A stretch of DNA of 64,000 nucleotides from Chloroflexota bacterium (GCA_965198285.1 OZ240251.1:624220-688219), one strand, 5' to 3'; counted from the first letter of the stretch, positions 37,295 through 47,692 are shown. Notes: generated by a model not told the origin, from the sequence alone. Made by a program: numbers and translations.

Positions 37295-40200
37295 ATGATG
37301 ATGACTGGCGCCGATAGACGACGATTTCCCATCATCATTGTCGCTCTGGCCGGCTTGGCGCTTGCCGTTGGGCTGTTCGCAACCCATGTCCCGCAGGCCC
37401 ACGCCCAGGGCGCCACCATAACCTCCCTGCTGTCCCGGCTGGACGTGGGAATTTCTGAGTCCGTTAATAACGGCTACCACACTCAGGCGGCAGGATACCG
37501 CCCGCCCCCTGCGACTAATCCAATTGGAACCCTGAGTCCCGCGGGATTCAACTACCCGGCGGGATTCGGCCCCTGGTACACGGTTGAGAAGCTTCTTCTG
37601 AGTCAGGAGGGACAAGCAAACGCTATCGCCCCGGGCATCCTTAGTTTTCACATACGCGGCACTGTGACTTCCGTTGCGAGTTCCGGCACGGAACGGGCGC
37701 GCGTTTTGCCAAAGGGTGCCGGCATCGAGCTTTACCTTGAGGGAGATGACTGGTCCAGAACCTATTCCCTGGACGACGCTACTACTAGAAGAGTTGGGAA
37801 CTGTCTCGACGAAGACGGAGATGATAGGGATTGCGAAGTTGGAGAGACTACCACGGAGGAATACGAGTGGGATGATGATGACAACCGACCTCCGTTGCTT
37901 GCCGACGGCGACAAGATCATCGTCCGCCTGACGTACTCGGCGCCGCGTGCGGCCAAGCCGGGGACGCCGACGGTTACGGCGCCGACGGGGAAGTCCGGGG
38001 CGCTGGTGGTGGAGTGGACCGCGCCCACGAACGACGATCCGAAGGTGCGCGGCTACGAGGTGCACGTGTCCCCTGCCGCCGGCGAGACGGAGGCCACCGG
38101 GGTGACCAGGACCACGGGCGGCTCCAACACGCGCCTGCCGGTGCTGCTGCTTGAGCCGGACACCGCCTACGACGTGAGAGTGCGGGCGCGCACATACTTT
38201 GCCTCGGGTCCCTGGTCGGAAACGGTGCGTGCCACGACCAATCCGCTGCAGGGAACGAACAATCCCTCAGTCACGCTGGACCTCGACGGCGTCACGAAAG
38301 TCAAGGTGGGAGACAAGTTGTACAAGCGGCTCAAGGTGACGGGGATGAACAACCTGCACGCCGGCGCGTTCCCGGACAGGTTCGAGGGCCATCGCCAGAT
38401 CCACAACGTGGAGTTCCGGGTGCTGGACAGGATCCATGACTCGTACGTGTACGAAGACCTCACGCACGGCGATGGAGAAGGCGCCTTCTACGCCGGCGCC
38501 CTGACCATCGGTGAGGACGGGGAGGTGTACCACAACTTCGGGTACGAGGTGATTGCCGAGGGCCGGGCCGAGGGCGAAAAAGGAGATGGAGCGCCGGAAT
38601 ACGGGCCGTTGTACCTCTGGCTGGAGAGCACGACGGGCGTTGTCCAGATCGGCAGCACAGCCAATTCGCGCGCAACGGCGCTGTGCGTGGAGATCGCCGA
38701 CGACTCGAACATGGTCCCGACCGACCGTACCTGCTCCACGGGCGGGTCGGCGGGCCACGCGGTGGACCGGCTGACGGGCCGCTTCGTGAACGTCCCCCAG
38801 TCCCACGACGGTGAGAGCGAGTTCACCGTGCGGCTGGCCTTCGTCGAGGACGTGGGCATAAGCCCCGAATCGCTGCGCGAGGACGCGCTCGCGGCGACCG
38901 GGGGCGCGGTCACCCGGGTGCAGCGGGTGGACGACCGCAGCGACCTGTTCGAGATCACGGTGGAGCCGGACTCCGACGAGGACGTGACGATCACGCTGTC
39001 GTCGAGTGGAGACTGCGGCGAATCCGGATCGATCTGCACCCAGGAGGAGGACCCCAGGAAGCTTTACAACAGCCCGACTGCGACGGTGGCGGGTCCCATC
39101 CTGACGGCGAGCTTCCAGGGCCTGCCGTCGCAGCATGACGGGGAGACGGCGTTCAGCTTCAGGATCGCGTTCAGCGACGAGATAGCGACCGAAGAGGAGG
39201 AGTTCCGGGACCACAGCGTGGAGGTGTGGGGCGGCGAGGTGACACGGGCCGAGCCGGTGGGCCAGCGGCGCGACCTCTGGGAAGTCGAGGTCGAGCCGGC
39301 CTCGGAGGACTCGGTGATGGTCTCGCTCAAGCTGACGCAGTCCTGCGCTGCCACGGGCGCGGTGTGCACGGCGGGCGGGCGGCTCCTGTCGGTGGTCCCC
39401 GCAACGATGGTGCCCGGCCCGGCGACCTGGCCGGTGCGGGTCACCGGCGAGGCGCAGGTGGGGAAGACCCTGACCGCGGACTCGTCGAACCTCTCCGAGC
39501 GGTACGGCGTGCAGGTCACCTCCATGACCTACCGGTGGCTGGCCGATGGCGCCCGCATACCGGGGGCCAACGCCCGAACCTACCAGCCGGACGATGACAA
39601 GCAGGGCAAGAGAATCAGCGTGATGGCGACCTACACCGACGACCGGGGCAACGAGGAGACGGTGATCAGCGCGCCCACCGAGCCGCTGGCGGCCAGGGAC
39701 CGCATCAGGCGGGCCACGGGCCTGCCGCTGATCAGCGGCAGGGCGCTGGTGGGGCATACGCTGACAGCGGACACGTCGCTCATCATCGACCCTAACGGCC
39801 TGGAGAATGCCGTCTTCTACTACTTCTGGGAGGCGGACGACGACAGCATCCCGGATGCGACCGACTCTACGTACACGCCGGTGGAAGCCGACGTGGGCAA
39901 GGAAATCACTTTCATAGTGGCTTGGGTTGACGACGCTGGCCACGGACAGAACATGACCAGCCAGCCGACGATGCCGGTGATGACGGCCGAGGCCGCGGCG
40001 GCGGTGGAGTTCCGCAAGAGTCTCAGGGTCGCGGCGAATGCCGACGGGTCGGTGACCCTGTACTGGAACGCGCCCGATGAGGATGTGACCGGTTACCGGA
40101 TATTGCGCCACCGCCATTCGCTGGGCGAGCTCGATCCGCTGGTGTACGTGGCGGACACGGGCAGCACGGCGACCGCCTACACCGACACCGGTATGGTTGC

Positions 40201-43200
40201 GGGCGTGCCGCACAACTACCGCGTACAGGCCATCAGGGACGGGGTGCTGGGCGAACGGACCATACAGATCAAAATCTTCCCGGTGAGGAAGGCAACCAAC
40301 AGCCCGGCCACCGGCGCGCCCGCCATCAGCGGAACGGCGCAGGTGGGAGAGACGCTGACGGCGGACATCTCCGGCATCGCCGACGAGGATGGGCTGGAGA
40401 ACGTGACCAAGAATTATCTGTGGGCGGCAATCGGCAGCAGCGGCAAAATCGGCGCCAAGTACGCCTACCAGTGGCTGGCCGACGGCGCGGAGAGCGGTAC
40501 GGGCCAACACCATGCAGGCTATGACAATACGACCTACACCCTGGCGGAAGACGACGAGGGCAAGGCCATCAGCGTGCGGGTGACTTTCGTTGACGACGGG
40601 GGCCACCAGGAGACGCTCACCAGCGCGGCAACGGACCCGGTGGCGGCGCTGCCCCAGCCCAACAGCCCGGCCACCGGCGCGCCCGCCATCACTGGAACGG
40701 CCCAGGTGGGCGAGACGCTGACGGTGGACACGTCGGGCATCACCGACGAGGACGGGCTGGACGATTCCAGCTTCACCGTCCAATGGATAACGGACGATTC
40801 AGTCATGGTCGCCAACGCCGCCAGGTCCTACACCCCGACCGACGGCGACCGGGGCAAGTCCGTCAAGGTGCGGGTGAGCTTCACCGACGACGCGGGCAAC
40901 CCGGAGACCCGCACCAGCGCACAGACGGCGACGGTGGAGGCTCGGGCCAACTCCCCTGCGACCGGCCTGCCAACCATCAGCGGGACCGCCCAGGTGGGTG
41001 AGACGCTGACGGCGGACACCACCGGCATCGCCGACGCGGACGGGCTCACCAACGTCGGCTACACCTACCAATGGCTTGCCGACGACGCTGAAATCGCCGG
41101 TGCTACCGGCTTGACCTACACCCTCGTAGACGCCGACCAGGGCAAGTCCGTCAAGGTCAGAGTGACCTTCACCGACGGTGGCGGCAACGAGGAGACCCTG
41201 ACCAGCGCGCCGACCGCCTCGGTGGAGGCAAACCCCAACAACCCGGCCACCGGAGCGCCGACCATCATCGGCACCGCCCAGGTGGGCGAGACGCTGACGG
41301 CGGACACGTCGGGGATTGCGGATGGGGACGGGCTTTCCAACGTGGTCTATAGCTACCAGTGGGTATCCAGTGACGGAACAACCGATACGGATATAGAGAA
41401 GGCGACCGCCTCGACCTACACCCTCGTAGACGCCGACCAGGGCAAGGCCATAAAGGTCAGAGTGACCTTCACCGACGGCGGCGGCAGCGAGGAGACCCTG
41501 ACCAGCGCGCCCACGGGTCCCGTGTTTAGCGACGGCCCGCCGGGAGTGCCCCGCAACCTCACCGCCACCGCCGGAAACAAGGAGGTAACCCTGTCCTGGG
41601 ACCCGCCCGCCGACAACGGCAACGCGCCCGCAACGGGATACCGCATCGAGTGGAGGATCGACGGCAAGGACTACGACAAGAACATTTGGGGCACAGCGCG
41701 AAGTACCACCTATACGACGAACGACCAGGCCAATCTGGCCAATGGAGTCAAGTACTTCTTCCGGGTAAGGGCCGGGAACGGCAGCGGCAACCGCCAGGGA
41801 CCATACGGCCCGGCCTCCGGGGAGGTGAGCGCCACTCCCACGTCCGGCTCGGCGGTGGACCTGGGCACGCCGGTGCTGTCGAACACGGAAACCCTGCATC
41901 ACGGCATGGTGAGGCTGGACTGGGAGGACATAGAGGACGCCGGTTGGTACGTGGTCCAGTACTACGACGTCAGAGGTGGGGAGTGGTTGGACCTGCCCGC
42001 CGAGGGAGTGGACGTCGCGTTCCACGGATCAAGCGCGGTGGTGAGCAACCTGCATGGGCTCTCGTGGCTGCGGGTTGGTGCGATGAGCTGTGCCGGAGCA
42101 TCGGAGTGGTCGCAAATCGAGCAGCTGTTCGGGACCAACGCATCGGACTGGGACGGCGTGCCTGTACCGGAGGTGGAAGCAGGCGACGAGATCGAACCAT
42201 GCCCCGTGGACCTGGGCACGCCGGTGCTGTCGAACACGGAAACCCTGCACCACGGCATGGTGCAGCTGGACTGGCAGGCCATAGAGGACGCCGGTTGGTA
42301 CGTGGTCCAGTACTACGACGTCAGAGGTGGGGAGTGGTTGGACCTGCCCGCCGAGGGAGTGGACATCGCGCTCCATGGATCAAGCGCGGTGGTGAGCAAC
42401 CTGCATGGGCTCTCGTGGCTGCGGGTTGGTGCGGCCAGCTGCGACGGGGCATCGGAGTGGTCGCAGATCGAGGAGTTGTACGGGACCAATGCATCGGACT
42501 GGGAGGGCGTGCCCGTGCCCGAGGTGGCGGAGGGCGACGAGATCGAGCCATGCTCAGAAGACGCGGACACATCTGACAACAGCCCGGCCACGGGCGCGCC
42601 CACCATCAGCGGGACTGCGCGGGTAGGTGAGGTGCTGGAAGTGGACACGTCGAGCATCGCCGACGCGGACGGGTTCACCAACGCTGCCTTCACTTACCAG
42701 TGGCTTGCCGACGACTCCGAAATCGCAGGCGCTACCGGCTCCACATACACCCTGACCGATAGCGAAGAAAGCAAGGCCATCAAGGTGGAGGTGTCCTTCA
42801 CCGACGATGCCGATAACGAGGAGACGCTTACCAGCGCAGCGACAGCGGTGGTGGCGGCCAAGCCGAACTCTCCTGCCACGGGAGCGCCCACCATCAGCGG
42901 CACGGTCCAAGTCGGAGAGACCCTGACGGCGAACACGTCGGGAGTCATCGACGCAGACGGGCTTAGCAACATCCAGTACGAGTACCAGTGGCTGGCCGAC
43001 GACGCCGACATATCGGGAGCGACCAACGCCACCTACACCCTGGCAGCAGCCGACGAGGGCAAGGTCATCAAGGTTCGGGTGAGTTTCACCGACGGCGCGG
43101 GCAACGAGGAGACGCTGACCAGCGCGGCCACGGACGCGGTGGCGGCAGAGCCCCAGACCAATTCTCCCGCCACCGGAGCGCCAACCATCACCGGCACGGT

Positions 43201-43756
43201 CCAGGTGGGGGAGACGCTGACCGCGAACACGTCGGGCATCGCCGACGCCGACGGGCTTAGCAACGTCCAGTACGAGTACCAGTGGCTGGCCAGCGACTCG
43301 GACATATCGGGAGCGACCAACGCCACCTACACCCTGGCAGCAGCCGACGAGGGCAAGGTCATCAAGGTTCGGGTGAGCTTCACCGACGATGCGGGCAATG
43401 AGGAGACGCTGACCAGCGCGGCAACGGGCGCGGTGGCAGCGGCGGAGCCATCGGAGCCTCCCGCCAAGCCCAGGGGCCTCGAAGCCACGGCGACCCACGG
43501 CCAGGTGATCCTTACCTGGGACGACCCCCAGGACGACAGCATCACCGGCTACGTGATCCTGCGCCGCGTGCGGGTGAACGATACCGGGGGCGACTTCGAT
43601 GTATTGGTCTCGGACACGGGCAGCGCCGCCGCCACCTACACCGACGACATGGTGGCGGCCGGCATTACCTACACCTACCGCATCAAGGCCATCAACGGGG
43701 CCGGAACGAGCGACCGTTCCCGCTGGTACCACATCGACACCCCCGCCGCGCCGTAA
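37295..43756 (+). CDS. giant secreted repeat protein (2153 aa): signal peptide, FN3 domains, two ~110-aa HDGE(T/S)xF repeats, ~9 Ig-like ~95-aa repeats, two ~110-aa DLGTPVLSNTETLHHG repeats, C-terminal FN3
   Basis: Good RBS (GGGAGGAA) before ATG 37295. Signal RRRFPIIIVALAGLALAVGLFATHVPQAHA. Repeats of NSPATGAPTISGTAQVGETLTADTSGIADADGL...YQWLADD...GKxIKVRVTFTDxxGNEETLTSA recur about every 285 nt from ~39400 to 43440. The protein ends ...RSRWYHIDTPAAP. Confidence 0.85.
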   Translation: MMMTGADRRRFPIIIVALAGLALAVGLFATHVPQAHAQGATITSLLSRLDVGISESVNNGYHTQAAGYRPPPATNPIGTLSPAGFNYPAGFGPWYTVEKLLLSQEGQANAIAPGILSFHIRGTVTSVASSGTERARVLPKGAGIELYLEGDDWSRTYSLDDATTRRVGNCLDEDGDDRDCEVGETTTEEYEWDDDDNRPPLLADGDKIIVRLTYSAPRAAKPGTPTVTAPTGKSGALVVEWTAPTNDDPKVRGYEVHVSPAAGETEATGVTRTTGGSNTRLPVLLLEPDTAYDVRVRARTYFASGPWSETVRATTNPLQGTNNPSVTLDLDGVTKVKVGDKLYKRLKVTGMNNLHAGAFPDRFEGHRQIHNVEFRVLDRIHDSYVYEDLTHGDGEGAFYAGALTIGEDGEVYHNFGYEVIAEGRAEGEKGDGAPEYGPLYLWLESTTGVVQIGSTANSRATALCVEIADDSNMVPTDRTCSTGGSAGHAVDRLTGRFVNVPQSHDGESEFTVRLAFVEDVGISPESLREDALAATGGAVTRVQRVDDRSDLFEITVEPDSDEDVTITLSSSGDCGESGSICTQEEDPRKLYNSPTATVAGPILTASFQGLPSQHDGETAFSFRIAFSDEIATEEEEFRDHSVEVWGGEVTRAEPVGQRRDLWEVEVEPASEDSVMVSLKLTQSCAATGAVCTAGGRLLSVVPATMVPGPATWPVRVTGEAQVGKTLTADSSNLSERYGVQVTSMTYRWLADGARIPGANARTYQPDDDKQGKRISVMATYTDDRGNEETVISAPTEPLAARDRIRRATGLPLISGRALVGHTLTADTSLIIDPNGLENAVFYYFWEADDDSIPDATDSTYTPVEADVGKEITFIVAWVDDAGHGQNMTSQPTMPVMTAEAAAAVEFRKSLRVAANADGSVTLYWNAPDEDVTGYRILRHRHSLGELDPLVYVADTGSTATAYTDTGMVAGVPHNYRVQAIRDGVLGERTIQIKIFPVRKATNSPATGAPAISGTAQVGETLTADISGIADEDGLENVTKNYLWAAIGSSGKIGAKYAYQWLADGAESGTGQHHAGYDNTTYTLAEDDEGKAISVRVTFVDDGGHQETLTSAATDPVAALPQPNSPATGAPAITGTAQVGETLTVDTSGITDEDGLDDSSFTVQWITDDSVMVANAARSYTPTDGDRGKSVKVRVSFTDDAGNPETRTSAQTATVEARANSPATGLPTISGTAQVGETLTADTTGIADADGLTNVGYTYQWLADDAEIAGATGLTYTLVDADQGKSVKVRVTFTDGGGNEETLTSAPTASVEANPNNPATGAPTIIGTAQVGETLTADTSGIADGDGLSNVVYSYQWVSSDGTTDTDIEKATASTYTLVDADQGKAIKVRVTFTDGGGSEETLTSAPTGPVFSDGPPGVPRNLTATAGNKEVTLSWDPPADNGNAPATGYRIEWRIDGKDYDKNIWGTARSTTYTTNDQANLANGVKYFFRVRAGNGSGNRQGPYGPASGEVSATPTSGSAVDLGTPVLSNTETLHHGMVRLDWEDIEDAGWYVVQYYDVRGGEWLDLPAEGVDVAFHGSSAVVSNLHGLSWLRVGAMSCAGASEWSQIEQLFGTNASDWDGVPVPEVEAGDEIEPCPVDLGTPVLSNTETLHHGMVQLDWQAIEDAGWYVVQYYDVRGGEWLDLPAEGVDIALHGSSAVVSNLHGLSWLRVGAASCDGASEWSQIEELYGTNASDWEGVPVPEVAEGDEIEPCSEDADTSDNSPATGAPTISGTARVGEVLEVDTSSIADADGFTNAAFTYQWLADDSEIAGATGSTYTLTDSEESKAIKVEVSFTDDADNEETLTSAATAVVAAKPNSPATGAPTISGTVQVGETLTANTSGVIDADGLSNIQYEYQWLADDADISGATNATYTLAAADEGKVIKVRVSFTDGAGNEETLTSAATDAVAAEPQTNSPATGAPTITGTVQVGETLTANTSGIADADGLSNVQYEYQWLASDSDISGATNATYTLAAADEGKVIKVRVSFTDDAGNEETLTSAATGAVAAAEPSEPPAKPRGLEATATHGQVILTWDDPQDDSITGYVILRRVRVNDTGGDFDVLVSDTGSAAATYTDDMVAAGITYTYRIKAINGAGTSDRSRWYHIDTPAAP

Positions 43757-44105
43757 GCGACCTCCGTCGCCGGCGGCAACGCGAACGACCAGGCTGAGCC
43801 AGGCGGGCAGGACGATCCCGCCGTCGCGCCCGGCCACGCCACGCCCGGCGGTTCCGGCAAGAGGGCGATCGGCTCCGAGGTCGGCGCCGACCAGCGCGCC
43901 AACGGCCCCGCGCAGGTGACCATCGTGGCGGACCAGAATGTGTTCACCGCGCAACTCGACAACGTGAGCTTCACGTTGACCCGCACGGGCAATACGGACG
44001 CGGCGCTGGACGGTCGCGGTCACGCTGACGCAGGACCTGGAACTGTTCACGCCTGAGTACCTTCCGTAGAGCGTGCAGTTGGAGGCGGATTCGTCTTCCC
44101 GCGGC
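43757..44105 (+). pseudogene. decayed C-terminal extension of giant gene 1, homologous to giant gene 2 residues after its 4th FN3
   Basis: Right after the TAA of gene 1 the same frame reads ATSVAGGNANDQAEPGGQDDPAVAPGHATPGGSGKRAIGSEVGADQRANGPAQVTIVADQNVFTAQLDNVSFTLTRTGNTDAAL.... This is ~90% nt identical to 45565..45895 of gene 2 (PAAP-Q-ATFTEANDQAEQSGQDDP...). The TAA corresponds to CAG in gene 2, and a 1-nt indel near 44010 then shifts the frame. Confidence 0.6.
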
Positions 44106-44318
44106 GCTCAGTGCGGCGCTAGGAGGATTCGGGCCAGCGGTGGGCCACATCAGCTCTCGCCGGCCGTACCACCGGGCACCGATCGTCAGTCAACGAAGCG
44201 TGCGGTCGGCACTGGCCGGCGCGCCCATGGATGTGCCGCATTGCTTCTCAACTGGCTCCGTGCGGCTTGTGCGCTGGCGCTAGTGCTGGGAGACACGACT
44301 CTTGGCATTCACGCATTT

Positions 44319-44453
44319 CGTCGTCCGCCATAGGGGCATCCGAACCGTGCGGAATAGGGCATTTGTACCCTATATCGAGATATAAATACTTATGCAAAGA
44401 GATATAAGTACCCTATTAGATGTGTTGTTAGTCGCTTGTTAGAGGCATGCAAT
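44319..44453. promoter_or_regulatory. AT-rich element upstream of giant gene 2, homologous to the element upstream of gene 1
   Basis: ATAGGGGCAT...ATAGGGCATTTGTACCCTAT (TAGGG-N8-CCCTA palindrome), direct repeats GATATAAATAC/GAGATATAAGTAC, and ATGTGTTGTTAGTCGCTTGTTAGAGGCATGCA (44420..44451). It lies ~105 nt before ATG 44558. Confidence 0.5.
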
Positions 44454-44557
44454 AAAAGGTAATCTGTTGTTCCAGCAGATTTCAGGCTCGTCTGCTGGCC
44501 GTCGACCGCTGGGCGCTTGGCCCATCGACATTCATCGGGCTGTCTGGTGGAGGAACC

Positions 44558-47500
44558 ATGCCCCGCAGCGATCGACGACGTTTCCTCATCCTGATTGCCG
44601 CCCTGGCCGCGCTGGCCCTGCTCGTCGCCCCGGCGCAGGCCCAGGAGGGCGCCGCGCCGGACAAGCCCACGGGGCTTGTGGCCACCGCCTGGCGCGACCA
44701 GGTGGTGCTGACCTGGGACGACCCGCAGGACGACAGCATCACGGGCTACGTGATCCTGCGCCGCAACCGCAAGACCACCGTCGAGGGCCAGTTCAGCGAG
44801 CTGGCGCCGGACACGGGCAGCGCCGCCACCACCTACACCGACGCCAGCGTGACGGCCAGGACGCCCTACACCTACCGCATCAAGGCCCTCAACGAGCACG
44901 GCGTCAGCGAGCGCTCCCGCTGGTTTCACATCGACACCCCGGCGGCCCCGGAGAGGGTGCAGGCTGCCAGACTGCCAGCCAAGCCCAGGAGCCTGACCGC
45001 CGAGGTCACCCACGCCTCGGTGACGCTGACCTGGCGGGACCCGCAGGACGATTCCATCACCGGCTACGTGATCCTGCGCCGCGACAAGGCCATCCACCAG
45101 GTGGGAACCTTCGAGACCGTGGCGTCGGACACTGGCTCGGCGGGTGCCACCTACACCGACGCCACGGTGCAGCCGGACAAGCAGTACGTGTATCGCATCA
45201 AGGCGATCAACGCCGCCGGGCTGAGCGAGATCTCCAGTTGGGTGCGGGCCTACACGCCCTCAGTGCCCCTACCCGCCAAGCCCACGGGCCTCACCGCCAC
45301 GCCGTCCCACGACCGGGTGGTGCTGACCTGGAACGACCCCAACGACGCCAGCATCACCGGCTACGTGATCCTGCGCCGCACTCCCGGGGTCGACCCGGAG
45401 GGCCAGTTCGACGAGCTGGTGGCGGACACGGGCACGGCCGCCACCACCTACACCGACGACACCGTGGCGGCGGAGACTCGCTACACCTACCGCATCAAGG
45501 CCATCAACGAGTACGGGGTCAGCGAGCGCTCACGCTGGTTCCACATCAACCCCCCCGCCGCGCCGCAGGCGACCTTCACCGAAGCTAACGACCAGGCTGA
45601 GCAAAGCGGGCAGGACGATCCCGCCGGCGCGCCCGGCGGTTCCGGCAAGAAGGCGATCGGCTCCGAGGTCGGCGCCGACCAGCGCGCCAACGGCCCCGCG
45701 CAGGTGACCATCGTGGCGGACCAGGATGTGTTCACCGCGCAGCTCGACAACGTGAGCTTCACGTTGACCCGCACGGGCAATACGGACGCGGCGCTGACGG
45801 TCTCGGTCACGCTGACGCAGGACCTGGAACTGTTCACGCCTGAGTACCTTCCGCGCAGCGTGCAGTTCGAGGCGGATTCCGACACCGCGCCGCTCATTGT
45901 CTATCCCGGCGCGGTGTCGGAAGTCCACGAGGTGACGCAAGTCACCACGCTCACGGCCACGGTGGCCACCGGAACGGGCTACACACCGGGCTCGCCGGCA
46001 TCGGCGAGCACGCGGATCCTGGTGATCGACCCGGCCGTCACGGTGCGGATCGAGGAGGCCACCTACAGGTTCGACGAACACGCCACGGGCGCCGCGACGG
46101 CCGTACACGTGGTCGCTCGCACCGCATCCGGAGTGCCGTCGCCGAATACGGCGGTCTTTGCTTCCCTCAACTTGAGAGACCGAACGGCCGTGGGCAGCGG
46201 GGTCGACTACCAACGCCTGTCGGAGGTGGTGTCGTTCGAGCCGTCGGATTTCACTGCGGACGGACAGGTGTTCACGGCCCGCAAGGCGGTGCAGCTGGCG
46301 CTCGTCGACGACACGATCGCAGAGATGGACGAGACCATCGAGGTGTTGCTGGAGTACGCCCCGGGGCCGGCGGGGGTGATCGCGCTCAGGTTGTCCGACG
46401 GCACGACGTGTCCCCAGAACAGATGCACCTCGACGGTCACCATTGCCGACAACGACACGCCGCGGGTAACGACGCCCACCGTCACATCCGTGGTGGTCGC
46501 GTCCGCGCCGCAATCGGGGAACACCTACCGCTGGGGCGAGACGATCCTATTCACGGTCACCTTCAGCGAGCCGGTGCGGGTCACCGGCCGGCCGGCGCTC
46601 GAGGTCGGGCTCGACAGTGCCGCCGGGGGCGCCGTGCAGGCTCGCTTCGCGGGCCTCACGGCGACCCAGCGGCCGACCGTCGGCACCTGGCCGGTCCCCG
46701 TCAGCCAACACGTGCATTTCGCCTACACGGTGCAGCCGTCCGACCGTGACGCCGACGGCATCCGCATCGGTGTCAACGCGCTGCGACTCGCCTCCGCGGA
46801 CCGGATCCGGAGCGGCGAGACCGGTGCCGCCGCGGAGCTCGCCCATGCCGCGCTCGGCCCGCGGACCGGCCACCGGGTCGACGGCCAGCCGGCGGCGCCG
46901 GTGGCGAGCGCCGGGATCGAGATCGTCGATACGAACGGCCTTCTGCTCGAGACGCTGGCGGACGGGTCGCGCCGCCTGTGGGTGCCGGAGGGCGGCTCGG
47001 CGCGCTACGGGCTCAAGCTCGATAGCCGGCCGGCGCACCGGGTGGTGGTGTCACACCACTACATGTACCAGGGCGATCCCGACCTCGCCGTGCCGCGCAA
47101 CTTCACAGTCGACCGGTCCATCGCGCCGGACGAGTGGAGAACCAAGACAGTCTGGATAAGCGTCCGGGCGGCGCAGGACGCCGATGCGGAGAACGGCCAG
47201 CGGGTCTTCGCCAACAACTCGATGAGCCGGGACCCGAACTATCACCACCTGGTGCTTCCCGACGTGATCGCGGTCGAGGCCGACGACGAGCCGGCCTGCA
47301 CGCTGAACCTCGGCGACCTGTGGTGCGGCGTAATCACGCCGGGGAAAGTGGCACTGCCTGGAGTGGGAGGCTTTAGTGGATTCACCGCCTATCTCGGCGG
47401 ACTGTCCGACGACACGGGCGACCAGAGCTTCACCTACGGAACGAACACGTACACGGTTACTCAAGTTATTAATGAGAGAGGAATTGGCGGCACCGTCCTT

Positions 47501-47692
47501 CAGTTCGGTCTGAGCAGCCCCCTTACTGACGCCGAGCAGGCAAACCTGGTCCTGCATGTCGGCAACGACTCATTCGCGTTCAGCGATGCGGACATTCTTG
47601 GTCTTGTCTACCTATGGGAAAGCACTATGGACTGGTCCAGCCTGGACTACGTCGTCGTGCGGCTGCGTTTTCCCCCCGTGCCGCAGGGATGA
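44558..47692 (+). CDS. large secreted FN3-repeat protein (1044 aa) with C-terminal beta-sandwich/Calx-like region
   Basis: RBS GGTGGAGGA; signal RRRFLILIAALAALALLVAPAQA. Four FN3 repeats each contain LTWxDPQDDSITGYVILRR...YTYRIKAxN...SRWFHIDTPAAP, with the same FN3 flavour as gene 1. Confidence 0.85.
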   Translation: MPRSDRRRFLILIAALAALALLVAPAQAQEGAAPDKPTGLVATAWRDQVVLTWDDPQDDSITGYVILRRNRKTTVEGQFSELAPDTGSAATTYTDASVTARTPYTYRIKALNEHGVSERSRWFHIDTPAAPERVQAARLPAKPRSLTAEVTHASVTLTWRDPQDDSITGYVILRRDKAIHQVGTFETVASDTGSAGATYTDATVQPDKQYVYRIKAINAAGLSEISSWVRAYTPSVPLPAKPTGLTATPSHDRVVLTWNDPNDASITGYVILRRTPGVDPEGQFDELVADTGTAATTYTDDTVAAETRYTYRIKAINEYGVSERSRWFHINPPAAPQATFTEANDQAEQSGQDDPAGAPGGSGKKAIGSEVGADQRANGPAQVTIVADQDVFTAQLDNVSFTLTRTGNTDAALTVSVTLTQDLELFTPEYLPRSVQFEADSDTAPLIVYPGAVSEVHEVTQVTTLTATVATGTGYTPGSPASASTRILVIDPAVTVRIEEATYRFDEHATGAATAVHVVARTASGVPSPNTAVFASLNLRDRTAVGSGVDYQRLSEVVSFEPSDFTADGQVFTARKAVQLALVDDTIAEMDETIEVLLEYAPGPAGVIALRLSDGTTCPQNRCTSTVTIADNDTPRVTTPTVTSVVVASAPQSGNTYRWGETILFTVTFSEPVRVTGRPALEVGLDSAAGGAVQARFAGLTATQRPTVGTWPVPVSQHVHFAYTVQPSDRDADGIRIGVNALRLASADRIRSGETGAAAELAHAALGPRTGHRVDGQPAAPVASAGIEIVDTNGLLLETLADGSRRLWVPEGGSARYGLKLDSRPAHRVVVSHHYMYQGDPDLAVPRNFTVDRSIAPDEWRTKTVWISVRAAQDADAENGQRVFANNSMSRDPNYHHLVLPDVIAVEADDEPACTLNLGDLWCGVITPGKVALPGVGGFSGFTAYLGGLSDDTGDQSFTYGTNTYTVTQVINERGIGGTVLQFGLSSPLTDAEQANLVLHVGNDSFAFSDADILGLVYLWESTMDWSSLDYVVVRLRFPPVPQG

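Noticed and set aside
39400-43450. Possible CRISPR array suggested by regularly spaced ~285-nt repeats
   Set aside because: The repeats are in-frame protein-coding tandem Ig-like domains of the giant gene. There are no short direct repeats with unique spacers and no cas genes.
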